Shown: in pieces, positions 12,265-26,700 of the stretch
Numbering within the stretch: position 1 is the first letter of the stretch
Layout of the letters: each line of letters begins with the position of its first letter
Notes under the pieces: model-generated
Seen by the model: the letters and a program-made list of their open reading frames with translations, nothing else
What the model was told of the DNA's origin: nothing
Databases searched by the model: none
Source: Paragordius varius
Taxonomy: Eukaryota > Animalia > Nematomorpha
Direction: 5' to 3'
NCBI GenBank assembly: GCA_964247055.1
Contig: OZ176051.1
Location: 11,222,001 to 11,286,000 of the forward strand
DNA: 64,000 bases
Position numbers and translations under genes: made by a program

Positions 12265-13791
12265 GTATGTACACTATCTCTAATTCTTATTAATTAATTA
12301 TAACAATATTAGCTATATATTTATTGGGATTTTTTTATGAAATTTTAATTTAAGTAATATAAGTAATCAGAAAAATAATCGTAAATCATGTTTAAGTATT
12401 TTCGACCCTATAAAACAAGGCATTTATTCAATCAAATCGATGTTCAAAGGATTAAATTTATTTACATCTCTAAACCATAATACGGTATTTGCAAGTTTAA
12501 TATGCATAAAGTATCAAAATTTTAAATATAATTTAATAAATTTTATCAACCTTACTTAATAAATATATAATGTTTATAATTATGTAATTACCCTTTCATT
12601 AATATTTTATCAGTTAAATGGAAATAACTCACTTGTTTACTTTTGAGATTGAAAAATTTAATACTTTCTATTATATTACAATAGTCTTAAATAATAAGAA
12701 TATTCTAAGGTTGTATTTAAATATTTTAATATACTGGGCATGAGTCGAGACCAACAGTAATTACAACCTGTTTTTGAAATAAGCTGAAACCGGGCTACCA
12801 TTTTCTAACTTTTTTAACCAATCCAGTTATATTTTAAAACCAACTCTAGTAGTTTTATGTTTAATAACAGCTAATTTAAATTTTCGGCCAAGTCTTCATA
12901 ATATATTTGCCATCAAAAGTAGAAAACAAGCTATGTTCATTTATATGTAAAAACATAATGTAATGTAAATATTAACTTTGAAACATTAATGGCAAAATTA
13001 GGGTCAGATCTGTCAAGTTATGAATGCATTCAAGTCCGGAATGTACCCATTTTTACAAATTAATTGAAAATTTCATATATTTATCACATAATAAGAATGG
13101 TCTCCTTAAATTTAAAGGCAGAATTTGAATTTTATCTATTTCAAATTGCAATTATTACTAACATTAAAAAAAGCATTGATTATAATTAAGTTAAAAAATT
13201 GGCATTTGTGGCCCCGATTGGCCGTTATGATTGCATTCAAAAGTCAAATGTTTCTTTAACCCCTCGAAAACCAAACCTAATCCCATAAAATATCCATATG
13301 TTAGAACCATTTTTTAATAAAATAATATTTTCTATTAATTTTAGTTTTGCCATGCATTTAATACACACATATAAACAAATTTAACATAATCCAATTTACC
13401 ATTAATTTAAATACCTTTAAACAAACTATTTCAATTGGTTATATAACGGTAAATACGTATGCCATAAACGATAAATTAAATTTAAATTTGAAAAAAATCC
13501 ATAGTATAAAATCATTATAAATAAGATATGCACAAATTTTTTATCAATGACGTTTTATAAATACAACAATATAATAATACGAATTAATTAATACTAAATT
13601 TTAAGCGGTCATGGTCAACGCTAATTACTTATTTGAAAGCTTTGTTTGTTCTTTGTTGATATGTACAAAATTAAAACAGATTGATTATTATGAAGAAGGG
13701 TATGGAAAGCGTTATAACTAACATATGTTTCTTTATTTGGATTTGAAAAACATATTAATATTTTGACCCTGTTACACCTAAAATAATTTAT

Positions 13792-13793
<2 letters not shown>

Positions 13794-13820
<27 letters not shown>
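13794..13820. repeat. (AT)n microsatellite expanded only in U1
   Basis: 27-nt AT run; U2/U3 have only about 4 units. Confidence 0.85.
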
Positions 13821-13825
<5 letters not shown>

Positions 13826-13918
13826 TGATATATCCAAGTTAAGGAAAATTAAGAGAAAATGCTTAAAGCTGGAATTTTTTTTTCAAATAATAAATTTGAT
13901 TAATCTTATGATGTATAG

Positions 13919-15162
13919 ATTTGCTCAACAAATATGTGCACACATCAGACAATCAAACCTTAGGCATATATAGGCAACAATTAACATCTTTGGTAACCTA
14001 TGATACAAGAGAGACAGCAATAAACTACACAGCATTAATGAATTCCATGAATGATATGACGAGTATGGATGAAAGATCATGGCGAAATTTTGTATGCAAT
14101 AATATTGACCGGCTTTCAAAAAATCGTAATGATTATTCTGATTCCATGCATTTAATCGGTAACTTTGGTCCCTGGTCTCGAAACATCCTTAATAGCTCTT
14201 TATACTCGGTTATAATGTCGTTCAAAAAAAACCACTTTGTAACTGGAGATGATATGATGAAATACAATAAAAAAGTAGTTTATTGTTATGTGGCAAAAGC
14301 CTCATCCACCGCTTGGAAAAGTTTAATAGCTTTATCTCAAAATCCCACCTTAGAAACATCACTACAACACTTGAAAGCTATAAATAAGAGTCTGGGGTTT
14401 GTTATTCAAAACTACCCGTATATTAGATTAAATAACAAAGTAAATAGTAAAGGTTATTCTTCCAACACGACTGATTTAAAGAAGGAAGATGTAGGTTTTA
14501 GTTTCACTTTTGTTCGACATCCGCTTCACCGTATACTTTCGGCTTATCGGAGTAAATTTTGTTGGAAAAACCGCTATTTTTAACAACGGTATGGGGATTA
14601 CATTAAAATGACTGTTAACATGGGGAATTTTATAAATTTTTCGACACCACTAACTTATGTTAATTCAACATCCAATATTAGTTTAGCAGAATTTATTCAT
14701 TTTGTAGTGAATATTGAGACGGCGTATCCCAAAAGTCAATACTCATTTTTAATGAATCAACACTGGGCACCTATAGTCGATACATGTAATCCGTGTGCTT
14801 ACAATTACGATTTCATCGGTAAACATGAAAATCGTCTACAAGATATACCCTACATCCTTAAACGGACGAGATGGGATAATTTACCATTTAATCCTTTTTA
14901 TTTGGTTAGCCATGAGGCGCCGAAATACGCGACAACATTGTCTCCCAATTATAATGATGTGATTGATGATCTAAAATCATCAACAAACACCCAAAGTTTT
15001 CGAGATTACGATGCGAAAGATCAGGAAATTATTGATCAAATTCCTAACGAATTGTTGAAAAAGTTGGTTTATCTATTTAGATATGATTACGCTTTGTTTT
15101 ACCCGAAAGATCCATTATTCCTAAAACAATTAAACAGTAATCCGGATTTATTAACAAATTAA
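13919..15162 (+). pseudogene. Carbohydrate sulfotransferase catalytic exon (CHST11-14/HNK-1ST-like, Sulfotransfer_2), U1 copy with premature stop
   Basis: 5'-PSB YCYVAKASSTAWK, 3'-PB FVRHPLHRILSAYRSKF, HWAP..TCNPCAYNYDFIGKHE and RYDYALF. TAA at 14581 where U2/U3 have CAA. Confidence 0.85.
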
Positions 15163-16204
15163 ACTAAAAAACATGGAGATTGGAATAATTTATGTAAAAT
15201 TTCAAGCATTTGATTAATTTATTGTAACATATTTGCCTTTATCAATTTAGCCAATCTACAAAACACTTATGTGTTTAATAAATTTAATTTAATATTTGAC
15301 ATGGTATTTATTGAGGATTTTCCTACAGACTGGTTTATGTTACAAACCGAATATTTTAAATTTAAAGAGCTAAGTTTAGTTTAAAACATTATATATATAG
15401 TTAGTCGCAGTAGCTTTATCAATCTTAATCATGGGTCCATAATAAATTTTATTATTGTATAACTATGATTCACAAAAACTTTCCTCTGCGCAAAAATAAA
15501 TTATGTTATGAACCATTAGTGTATGTCGTATTGACTTATTTTAAATTCGACCGCATGATTAAAAATTGTTGGCCTTTGCAATTTTATCTAAACACCCGTT
15601 CTCTAGTTGACAGAATAGGTATAGGGTGAAATGATGATATATTAATAGTATCATATTTTATAGTATTAACACTGATAGCATTAGGTTTTACAAAATTTAA
15701 CTTTTAATCCAAATACCATAATTACACTATATATCTATTATTTCTCATTTTTTAGATGATATTCGCATATATAAAATTCCACGGAATTTTGGCAAAAGAT
15801 TTTAGAAACGGAGGTAAATTGATATAAAGAAGTTTTAAAAAGCAAATACTGAGCAAGGAATTTGTTTGTTTGGAGATGTAAAATTTGGCCTAATTTTCAT
15901 TCCATGAACAATAACATTTATAAGATATTGGTAAACTACAATTTTGAAGTCTAAACGGGTAATTAAAAGATCTTTATATAGGGTTAATACGGCTAGCTGA
16001 GAATTTTTAAGCGCCCCAAAAATTTTCGTATAACTTATCCATTCAAAAATGTTTAGATCTTATATACCATAAGAAATAAATTATCAGGGTTGTCAGAAAT
16101 CATTACCGGTTTTTTAATAACAAATCAGGTAATTTTGAAGGAAAATCAATCATTTAATTAATTAAGAATACTGTCCATCTTTAAACATTGCGCCAATTTC
16201 TCAG

Positions 16205-16674
16205 ACCATTTGCACAAGAGTGTCCTTGAACATTTCAGGTTGGTACTTGAACACTTCAAGTTGGTCCTAAAATTTTTAAGTTTGGATTTTAACCTAATTT
16301 TATATATTTGCTCACTTTAAAATAAAAATTTATATTCAAACCTTTTTTTGTTGATTTTTTTCCAATTTAACCAAATTATTAATTTATTAACGTTTTTAAT
16401 GAAAAATTATAATTAATAATCCAGAAAACTTTTATTTTTTTAATTACCTGTTAAAATCTATATTTTTTAAGATCTCAATAAAGATATACGGTTTCTGAAT
16501 GATTAAAAATTGATATCGATTTAAAATTTATGTCAAATAAAAAATAGATTAAAAATGATAAAATGGGTGAATAATACACTATTTGATTGATAAAAGTTAA
16601 AGACAATATAAAGACAAAGGTCCAATCAAGTGTTTATGGACCAACTCGAAGTGTTCTCTTAAAGTGCAAATGGT
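16205..16674. mobile_element. MITE-like element with short imperfect TIRs (also 31247-31710 and 46287-46753)
   Basis: Ends ACCATTTGCAC and GTGCAAATGGT, plus inverted GGACCAACT(C/T)GAAGTGTTC motifs. No TSD recognised. Confidence 0.45.
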
Positions 16675-16679
16675 ATATG

Positions 16680-17690
16680 AAAGGCATGACATAATAGCCG
16701 ATTGAACTTTGCAGCATTCGTCAGGCCATTTTCCAACGTCTTCCAAATTATTGAATTGCTGTCTGAGGGCGTGTGCCTGATAGACAGAGGTAATAATGGC
16801 CTTAAATAAATACGGTGGATGTGGAAGAATTCCCCATCGAAGCTATTTTAAGGTATCTTTCTGGTTTTGCTGTGGAATTGCCAAGTAACAAAATTACTTT
16901 GTAGTGTTTTCTGGCTCATTTCCGTTTTTAAATAAGGCATAATTTCATTTGATGCCGATAGCGTTGTGTATAAACGGTTTCACTGATGAGCTTTAAATAC
17001 AAAACAGCATAATTTTCTTTTTAAGCGTGTCCTTGATATTGATAACCATCTTGGGAAGCCAGAATTTATTCCCCTTTGGATCGACAGGGCCACTCTTCCC
17101 TCGTCACAATGCGATCAAAAAATAATTTGCTTTCACGAACAGGATTTTACAATCCTCTTGGTGATTTTTAATTTGACGTTCATTCGAATGGTGTTATAAC
17201 CATTATAAAGTTTATTGGTCGTTACCAATGCTCGAAATATGCACTGATTGTATTTTGTGGCCATCTAATACTTCTGCCAATTACCGTTGAATCCGAGTTG
17301 AATCATAATCCAATAATTCTGCCTTTTATCGTATTCTAAATTATGTGGCTCTTTCGAATTGAGATAACTTTCAAATTTTCGAAACCAGGTTTACATGTGT
17401 TTATTGATGAGGCATGTTTACCGTGTTGACAGCAAACAATGACCTTCAACAGCCTGTTTCTTGTAAGAGAGAAATGCATCTGCAGTTAATCTTTTTCAGC
17501 CAAAAAATTTGACATGATTATTGAATGATATAAATAAGACTCTAATTTTTTCCAGCTCAATCTGTTTTTTTTGTCGTATATCAGATGAATAAAATGGCGT
17601 CTAGTCTTATTAATCTGCTTCGTATTTTTCGGTGAAGTCGTCTCTTAACTGAAGACTTTTACAAATTAAATTTAATTATCAAGTATAATC
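16680..17690 (-). pseudogene. Mariner remnant, U2 copy
   Basis: Duplicate of 130-1135. Confidence 0.75.
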
Positions 17691-17743
17691 ATGCTATAGA
17701 ATATAATCATTTATTTTTTGCAATTATTATAGTTATCTATATC

Positions 17744-20700
17744 TAAAGTGACCAGACGTCCCGTTTTTTTACACTTTGTCCCGCGTCCCGCTACGTTTTT
17801 TAAATGTCCCGCTTTTTCACGATTATATAAAAAAAAAATTTTTTAAATACAAATAAGTTTTTTTTATCCGTTTAATTTTTTATCATTAAATATCTTTAAA
17901 ATCTATATAATTATTAAATTAAAATTTTTTATTTTTAAATTAAAGATATTTATTTTTTTCGAATTTATATCATATGATTATACACTTTCCTTCCTACTAC
18001 TACTGTCATTATTATCAAAAAGCCAAGTTAATACCACAAATCTCTAGATTAAAAGACAAATTAATACCACAAATCGGTAGCTACGTTTATTTCAGATTAA
18101 GGTAATATAATATTACTATGCTAATATTTTAGTTTTATTACTTGTTAACATATCAAAAAGCCAAATTAATACCATAAATCGGTAGCTTAAAAGACAAATT
18201 GATACCACAATTCGGTACCTTACACGTTTATTCCAGAAAATTAAGGTAATATAATATTTATTATACTAATATTTTGGTTTTATTACTTCCCAACATTATT
18301 AAAAGGCCAAATTAATACCACAAATCGGTAGCTTAAAAGACAAATTGATACCACAAATCGGTACCTTACACGTTTATTCCAGAAAATTAAAGTATATAAT
18401 ATTATTATACTAATAGTAGTTTATAAATATGAACACAAAAAGAGGTTGTAAATTCAACGATGAATTAATGAAAGATTTTCCTTTTATTAAAAAAACTAAG
18501 AATGAATCATCTGTTAAATGTCTTGTATTCGAGGGGGAATGCACCCTAGCAAATGACGCATGATATTACAAAGCATATGGAAACACAGAAACATAAAAAA
18601 TGTTTAGATATGGCGGCATCATCTTACAAAATGAGCGATGTTATTCGAAAAACCGTTTTTGGAGAGGAAGAAAAGAATTTGGCACTAGCTGAGGGCCTGT
18701 TATTTTTTCACTCCGTTAATCACAATCATTCCTTTAGATCTATGGACTGTACCTCACAGGTTATTCTCACGTTATTCCATAAAAAGTTTACATGTGCCCG
18801 TACAAAGGCTGAAGCCATTGTGTGCAATGTCCTTACGCCACATGCATTTTCTGAAATACAAAAAGATTTGCTGAATTAATTTCTTATCCTTATACTCTGA
18901 TGCATCAAATCACCATGAAACAAAATTATTTCCCACTTAAATTTTAATTCAGAAACCGGAGTAAAAATTAAAATTTTAGATTTAATTTCTGTACCCGGTG
19001 AAAATTCCGAAATAATATTTACTTCAATAATGCATATTCTAGAAAAAAATAATTTAAAAGAACAAAATTATCGCATATTGCGCTGACAACACCACTACGA
19101 ACTTCGGTGGAAAAGCAAGTAGGGGAACGAATAATATTCAAAATTAGCAGATAATCTTAAAACATTATTGGCGTTGGGTGTGCAGCGCATATAATACACA
19201 ACGCTATTCAAACAGCTGCTGATTTGTTACCCCTAGATGTGGAAAATGTAGTTGTTAAAATATATTCCTATTTTTATATATACACAGTACATGTTGAAAC
19301 GCTTAAAGAATTCTGTGAAAATGCAGAAGTTCAATATCAAAAAATGCTTGGATATTGTAAAACTCGTTGGTTAGCTTTTATGCCAGCTATCGAAAGAATT
19401 TTAAAAATGTATGATCCTTTAAAATCTTTTTTTTACCTCAGGACAAATGTCCTACAACTTTAAAGTTTTTTGAAAGTGATTTTTAAATATGGTTAGAATT
19501 CTTACATAATCAAGCTTCTCTTTACCAAAATGTTATAAAATTTAGAAGATGACAAAATTTCGGCAATCGAAGTAGCCAATGAAGTTAGTAACCTAAAATT
19601 CCAATGTCAAGAACGGTTAGATAATAATTTTATACCATTAACCATCCGCAATATAATAAATAATTTAGAAAAACAAGGCTTAATAAATCGCCAAGATATC
19701 CTGTCCCATATAAAAATGTTTTATACAAACTGTAAAGATTATTTGGAAGACTGGACGACGCAATTCAATGAAATTGATCATTTTCATTGGATAACATTAA
19801 AATCAGAATTTAATTGGTGCGATGTTCAAAAATCATTTGATTATATCTGCTCCCAAAAATTCTCAAAAAGTAATCTTTCAGAAAATGATCTTTTTTCTGA
19901 GGTATCAATAGTTAAAAGATATATTAATAATGAAAAACTTAAATTATGGACAAAAGAAAAATATACAGTAGAAAAGAAATGGTTGGAAATATTTGATCAT
20001 TTTGAAGCCAACTATATTACATACAATAATATTTTAAAAATTGTGGAATTCGCACTATCTTTACCTGAACCAACGCTGCTACTGAGCGCGTTTTTTCCAC
20101 AGTAAATCAGGTGTGGACATCGGAAAAATCGAATTTAAATGTTGAAACTTTAAAGGCGGTTTTATCTGTCAAATATTATTTGGCAAATTCTTGTGAAGAC
20201 TTCTACAAAATTTTAAAAAATGATGGCAATCTGCTAAAACGCATTCACTCAAACAAAAAATATACCAAAGAATAAAATATTTTCTTTAAAGTTTTTGTGT
20301 TAAAAAATAAACAAAATACTTAAAATATTGTATAAGTCTTCATAATTTGTCAAATTATATTTGAGCAAAAATGGCTTTTATTCAACATTTAAATCTGATT
20401 CCGTGTCCTTACTTAATTACTGTGGAAAAACGCGTTCAATAGCAGTGGTTCAGGTAAAGATAATGCAAATTCTACAATTAAAATATTATTGTATGGAACA
20501 TAATTTGTTTAAAAATGATTATTTTAACCATTTCTATCCTACGTATTTTTTTCTGTTGTTCATAATATAAGTTTTCAATCAATATATTTATTTAATAATG
20601 AGACTTTATAAAAAAGTGTCATTGTGTACCGTCTTGTGTTCCAAATAATCGTTTCTGTTTGTATAAAACATTTTTCTATTCTGGCTATTCATTAAGCCTT

Positions 20701-21295
20701 GTTTTTCTGGATGCTTTATGATATTGCGATTAGGTAATGGTATAAAATTATTTTCTAACCTTTTTTGATTTGGAATTTTGACCTTTGTCCTGTGATAAAA
20801 AATAGGATTCTAGGAGATCACATTTTTATAAATATTTCAATCGCTGGCAAAAGAGCTAACCAACAGTTTTACAATATCCAAGCATTTTAACATCTATATT
20901 TTCCACATCCAGGGGTAACAAATCAGTAGCTGTTTGAATAGCGTTGTGTATCTGCCAATAATGTTTTGATTAAGATTATTCGCTAAATTGTTAAAAATAT
21001 TTTTTGTGCCGCTTCTTGCATCACCCAGCGCACTTTGTGATGATTTCGTCTTTATTATTTTTTTTAGAATATTACAATCACTTCACTCTTTGTTCGTGCA
21101 CATGTAAATTTATTGAATAAGGTACAAACCTGTAAGGTACAAATTTTTTTATATTTATAATGTATTTGTGTTAAAAATAAATAAATATTACAATGAATTT
21201 TTTGTATAAAAATTTTTGGTTGTACCCCCAATGAACCCCCCCCCCTTTGTCTCAGATTTGTCCCGCTTTTTCCTTCAAAAAATCTGGTCACCTTA
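17744..21295 (+). mobile_element. hAT element, U2 copy
   Basis: Same TIRs and largely the same lesions as 1190-4741. Confidence 0.9.
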
Positions 21296-22851
21296 TTCTA
21301 GGATCTTAGGTAAGAAACAAAAAAACATATAAATATGCATGAGAATCAATTATCTGAAATGAAACAAATTCTACGATTTGATTATCAAATAATAAACTTT
21401 ATGACAAAACACTGTTCCCTGATTTCGATGAAAGAAGAGGAGGAGCCCTGAGTCTGTAACAAAAATAAGAACTGTTTTCAGATTTCATGCAGATCCCGGG
21501 CATCAAATTACTATTAAGCTAGTTTTTGGGTGAACTTTATAACAAATCTCATATCTTAATCTATGCAAGCCTCAAAAATTTAAAGTAAATCAGTATCTGA
21601 TGTGATTCTTGTCAAATGAAAATTTGTATAAAAACTATTATTTTATCATAAAAAAAATGTGTAAATAAACTTTAATTTTTTTATTATCATAAAATGTGAA
21701 TTAGATTGTCATAATAATTTAGGAATTCTTCCGATTCTGTGCGATCTTTAATGACAACGTTTCCTGTAATATTTAAATCATAGAAGTTTTCATATCTATT
21801 GCTTTTATTATCTGATCTATCTCATAATAATTCTTTGTTACTGTCAACAAATCTTTTTGAAGATTTTTATAGGCTTCTTTTTTTGAATTACAACATACAG
21901 CACTATAGATTTATTTAATACTATGGGATATCTAAAAGATTAAATATTATTAAATTACTTTATTTAGGTATACTTATATCGGTTTTAGGCATGGTTTAAG
22001 GAAACTCGAGAGTCAATCAGATGTGTTTTTTATATGAATTATAAGGAAACCCTTTCTTTGAAAAGGTGAGCATAGGAAACACTTAAAGGGTTTCCCTTTT
22101 TTTATTCACTTCACTCCACCCATTATCTTCTCTACAAATTAATAGTATTCTCTCAACGTTTCTATATCCTTGAAATCCGTCTTTGATTTCGATTTTTAAT
22201 ATATAATTAGAACAACTGCGCTTTTAAAATCAAGAAAAAACTATCCAATTATGATTTAGGCATTTAAGATTAATATTTCTCTTTCTATCATATTGGGTAA
22301 TTAACAAAATATCCAAACAATAAGCGAATTTGATATACATTTAATACCGTAAAAAAGATTAGACAAAATATATATTTATGATTGTCCAATATCATAGAAT
22401 TATTATGAAGTAAATTTTAATTCACCGACATAGACCATTCATGTTTATCTGTAATGGGGATTTATATGTATATTAAAATATTTTTGATTTAATTATATTT
22501 AAACATGTAAAATAAGGTAAAAATATTTATTTTTAGCTCACTTACAGTAGCGTATGGTATAAAACATTATTAGTCCATAAAAGAACAAAAAAATGTTTTT
22601 TTTATAAAAACAAGTCTAGTTGTATATACACAGCCATAATATCCCCTTAACACATATTTAAATTTTAACATTCAAATAATTTACATACATTTTAATTTAT
22701 TGAAAAAGGATGTTTGCTTACTTTACGTGTAATAAAAAAATTAAAAAGTTAAACGTTGTAGGATGTTATTGGTGGGCAAAAAAAATAATTACAAAATTTT
22801 TACCATATACATGCGTTTATTTATCATTATTCAATTTAATTAACAAAATCA

Positions 22852-22996
22852 ATGTTTGGAATATGGCAACAACGCCATACATTAAACTGGTTGAATAAAA
22901 TATTCTCGTCTTTCCGTGTGCTCATGATATTAGGCCTTTATGTCGTTATATTTACTGTATCTTTCGCACTGATCATATTCTTATTCGAGTATAAGG
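22852..22996 (+). CDS. Sulfotransferase exon 1a (U2)
   Basis: Intact 145-nt ATG..AAG G|GT exon, same peptide as U1. Confidence 0.7.
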
Positions 22997-25359
22997 GTAA
23001 TGCAAAATATTTCTAGCTATTTTTATTAATAAGTAAAAGGACATTACCGGGATATGGTTATATATTAATTTTTTTATAATTGTATGATTTTAATGTGTTA
23101 AATAATTCTTTATTTTAAATGACCCTAATGACAATTGTCATATAAATTATATTACTCTTACCGAGAACAAGTTTTCAAATAATAATAACCAATATAAATA
23201 TGCTTAAAAAATATTTTCAACATCGATAATGTAAAAATAAGCATTCAAGATTAAATTCTATAAATGCAATGCCGAATTGATCGAATATATGATATTAAAA
23301 TTTATAATAAACTTGATTCATGTCCATTAAAACTAAATATATATAGTTTTTCTAATAGTATTTTTGATTAGTTAAACAAATTTGCTCTTAATATCCAAAA
23401 TGTAAATGGGGTCAAATTCGATGTTAATCAACTGTATTAGATTAATTATAAAGTTATAATAATAGCACATCATGCAGACAATTATAAAAAATTATAAGCT
23501 TTAACTTTGTACCTCTCTATAAATACCATTTAAAGGATATTGGGATTTGGAAAAAATTGAACATAGTAATATCAGGCAATGGATAATTAGCTTTAATTAT
23601 TGCTAACTGATTCACATTTCGCTGGTGCATTATTGCTAAAAACAATACTAAATGTATATAAAAAATTAGAAACTGTGGTGATTAGCGCTAGGGAGATATT
23701 ATTTGCACCAAGGAAGGGATCCCTGCCAAAATTATTAATGCTAAACATCCACTATAGCTGAATAGTAGGCAAAATCAATACGCCTGAAAAGAATTTCAGA
23801 CAAATATATAAAAACCGAACTTAAGGTTAAAGTCCAGGGATATAAATATGGCCACATTGATTTTGACTTCGGATAGCCGATTATTAGAATATATTAAATG
23901 CACATAAAATACTTACAACTAACATTTTCCATAAAGCATGATGTCCTTCTGTTTCATTAAATTATCTTTGATTACTGGAATATCTGACTGCTGAAAACCG
24001 GTTTGAGTTTTTTTTCTTTATATGTAACGTGATCTCTCACCCTCAATTTTTCGGATTCGGAGAACTGGTGTGTTTTTATACTAAAATTCAAAAAATAAAA
24101 AATTTTACATTGACAAATTTGGAACTCTTTGAGATGTGTTAAATCTTAGTGTTTTAATAGAAATTTGACTTAACCATCATTTTCAAAAAACAAAAATCTT
24201 GCATATTAATTCAACTGTGTAATTTCCTACAGGGTTCAGAAATCAAATTCTAGTAGTTTCAGATTATGCATATCTCAGGTCTTATAAACAATAATAAGGG
24301 CTATTTAGGTATCAATTGCGATAGAAAAATTAAAATTGTAAAAAATATGACTATATATGGAAGTCCCCTAACATCAAACCATCAACTAATATTAGGCTTA
24401 TCTTCTTTAATCTTCCCGGCACTGTTGTAGGGATCTGAAAGCTGAATTATAAAAAAGTGACGAGTGTTTGAGAAACGCATTTAATGGGGCTGGCAGAAAG
24501 CTTTACAAATAACATGGCAAGACATAATAAATTCGATATTTCTCGAAAAAAATCCGACAATGGCTCTAACCGACCATTGCCTAATAATGAAATTATCGAA
24601 TTTTTGACATAGTCTTATAATACAAAATTTAGAATAGCATCTAGCGGGTCGTTGCAAAATGAGCTCGGAAGATCTAAGCCAGAACACAAACTCTTCATTT
24701 TACAACCTTATAAACTTCACCAACATAAATCGCGAATTGGCCTACGTAAAGGCTTCAATACACATTTAGCTTCATACAATAATGCAATACAGAGTCGGGC
24801 TTTCAGAATCTGAAAGAAATTGTGGAGTCAAACGTTATATATGAATGTAGCGATGTTAAATTATTGCCTTTGTTTGATACTTTATTATTTTGGTTTTGGG
24901 ATGATTATGCACACCTTGCTTAAACTTGTAAATAAACAACGATTTTGAAGTTACTTTGGAAATATAATAAACACTGTTTCTTGTATTAATAAAAAAATCC
25001 CATATTTTAAGTAGTGGCCCGAACATGATTAACACCTGATTTTCAAATTAAAAAAATTTACTGCTAAAATGAATATAAATTGTTTATTATTTTTGACGCA
25101 ATTATTTACCTATTATATTGGCGAATCGAATATATAGAAATAAAAAATGGTGAGGATGAAATAAGATTATATTTTTTTTATAGAGGGAGAGGAAGGCATA
25201 TGAGCACAATATCATAGGGGAAAAATTACAGGAAAAAAAGATATTGAAGTGTTAGAAATTATTTTCTAAAAAAATTGGGAGCTGTCTTGAAAATGATATA
25301 ACACGAAAACACTTATCTATAAATACGACCAGAATATTTTGAACTTTGATTATAAAAAC

Positions 25360-26700
25360 TTCCTAATCCCTCAATCGTGATTCTCCTGGCAGATAAAGGT
25401 TATGACGCAGATGAACAGCAAAATTTACGCTGAAAAAGGGATTGATATAATACATTTACTATACTACAATCCGAAAAGACCCCACTCGATTGACAAACTT
25501 GGTAAAAAAAGCGGTAAAAAAAACTAGAATTTTGAAACAACATGCATACCAAAATTCACCATTCCACCCCATATGAATGTGGCCCTGAAAACTCACAAAC
25601 CTGAAATACACTTACGACCAGCTGTCGTTAGTATTAACACACCGCTTTCTAAACTACTCATAAAACAACCATTTGCACATATCCTCCATCACGTACAAAA
25701 TAATATGATGAATAAAATTAAAACAATGCATCTGAAAGAGTCTAACATACTAGTCATCCTGAACATACAATCTCTTTTCGCAATTATCCCAAGAAATCAA
25801 GTAGGATCTATCATCGAAAAATAGGTGATGGCTTACACCCCATCATTCCGAAGTTATAAATATGCCTTTTAAATTGTTTTTTGAAGCAAAACTACCTACA
25901 ATACACTGGTACCTCCATGAGATCCAGTTTCTCTCCATAACTAGCTGACATATACATGAAATCTTTCGAAAAACTTATGTTCGAATCCTCACTATCCCCC
26001 AGATGTTGGCATCGATATGTGGGTGATATATTCTCACCTTTCTAGACTTTAATAACATAAATCCCAATAGGTTCTTTATGTAACACAGCCGCTACGAAAT
26101 ACAATTCCTAGATGTTCAACTAAAAATCAAGATTGGTATGTTCCAACATATGTCTTTAGAAAGGCACACAATTTATACTTAAATGCAAATTTCCATAATC
26201 ATCCAGCTCGTTCGCTCTCAGCTTTAAATACTCTCATACACCGAGCCAATACTCTTTGTAATGAATATAATCTAAGAAATGAAAACTTTTAAAACCACAT
26301 TTCAACAAAATGGCTATCCAGTTAACATTTTTAATAAATTAAACACCCATAGGATTCAGTCTCTTCTTTCGTTTTACCTTACATAAAAAATGTCACGACC
26401 AAAATCCGACATGTTCTTAAAAAATATGAAGTTAAAGCTATATATAAGCCTTTCAATAAATTTAACCTGTTCCTGCAATGTCAAATACATGGGTGAATCA
26501 GGACGCTTAATTTTAACACGATGAAATAAACATGACCAATACATTCTTGCCCGCAAACTCTCTTTGGGATTAGCAAAGCAAATACACAATGATCATCACT
26601 TTATATCTCATAAAGAAATCGTTTACAACTAATAATTACAATAAACGCCGGATATGTGAATCTATAGAGATTATATCAAATCCTAGACTCGATCGTGAAG
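25360..26700 (+). mobile_element. Penelope-like remnant, U2 copy
   Basis: Duplicate of 8790-10130. Confidence 0.75.

Larger units (their letters stand above)
1..16549. repeat. Tandem segmental duplication unit U1 (phase set by the window start; includes a 1.5 kb copy-specific insertion)
   Basis: Window-start sequence TAAAAATGATAAAATGGGTG recurs at 16550, 31592 and 46629. The same ORF set recurs at matching offsets (e.g. 9005/25573/40580). Confidence 0.95.

Noticed and set aside
13921-13923. TTG start codons given for the sulfotransferase ORFs
   Set aside because: The context is eukaryotic. A conserved AG acceptor lies 2 nt upstream, and the ORF lacks the required membrane anchor.
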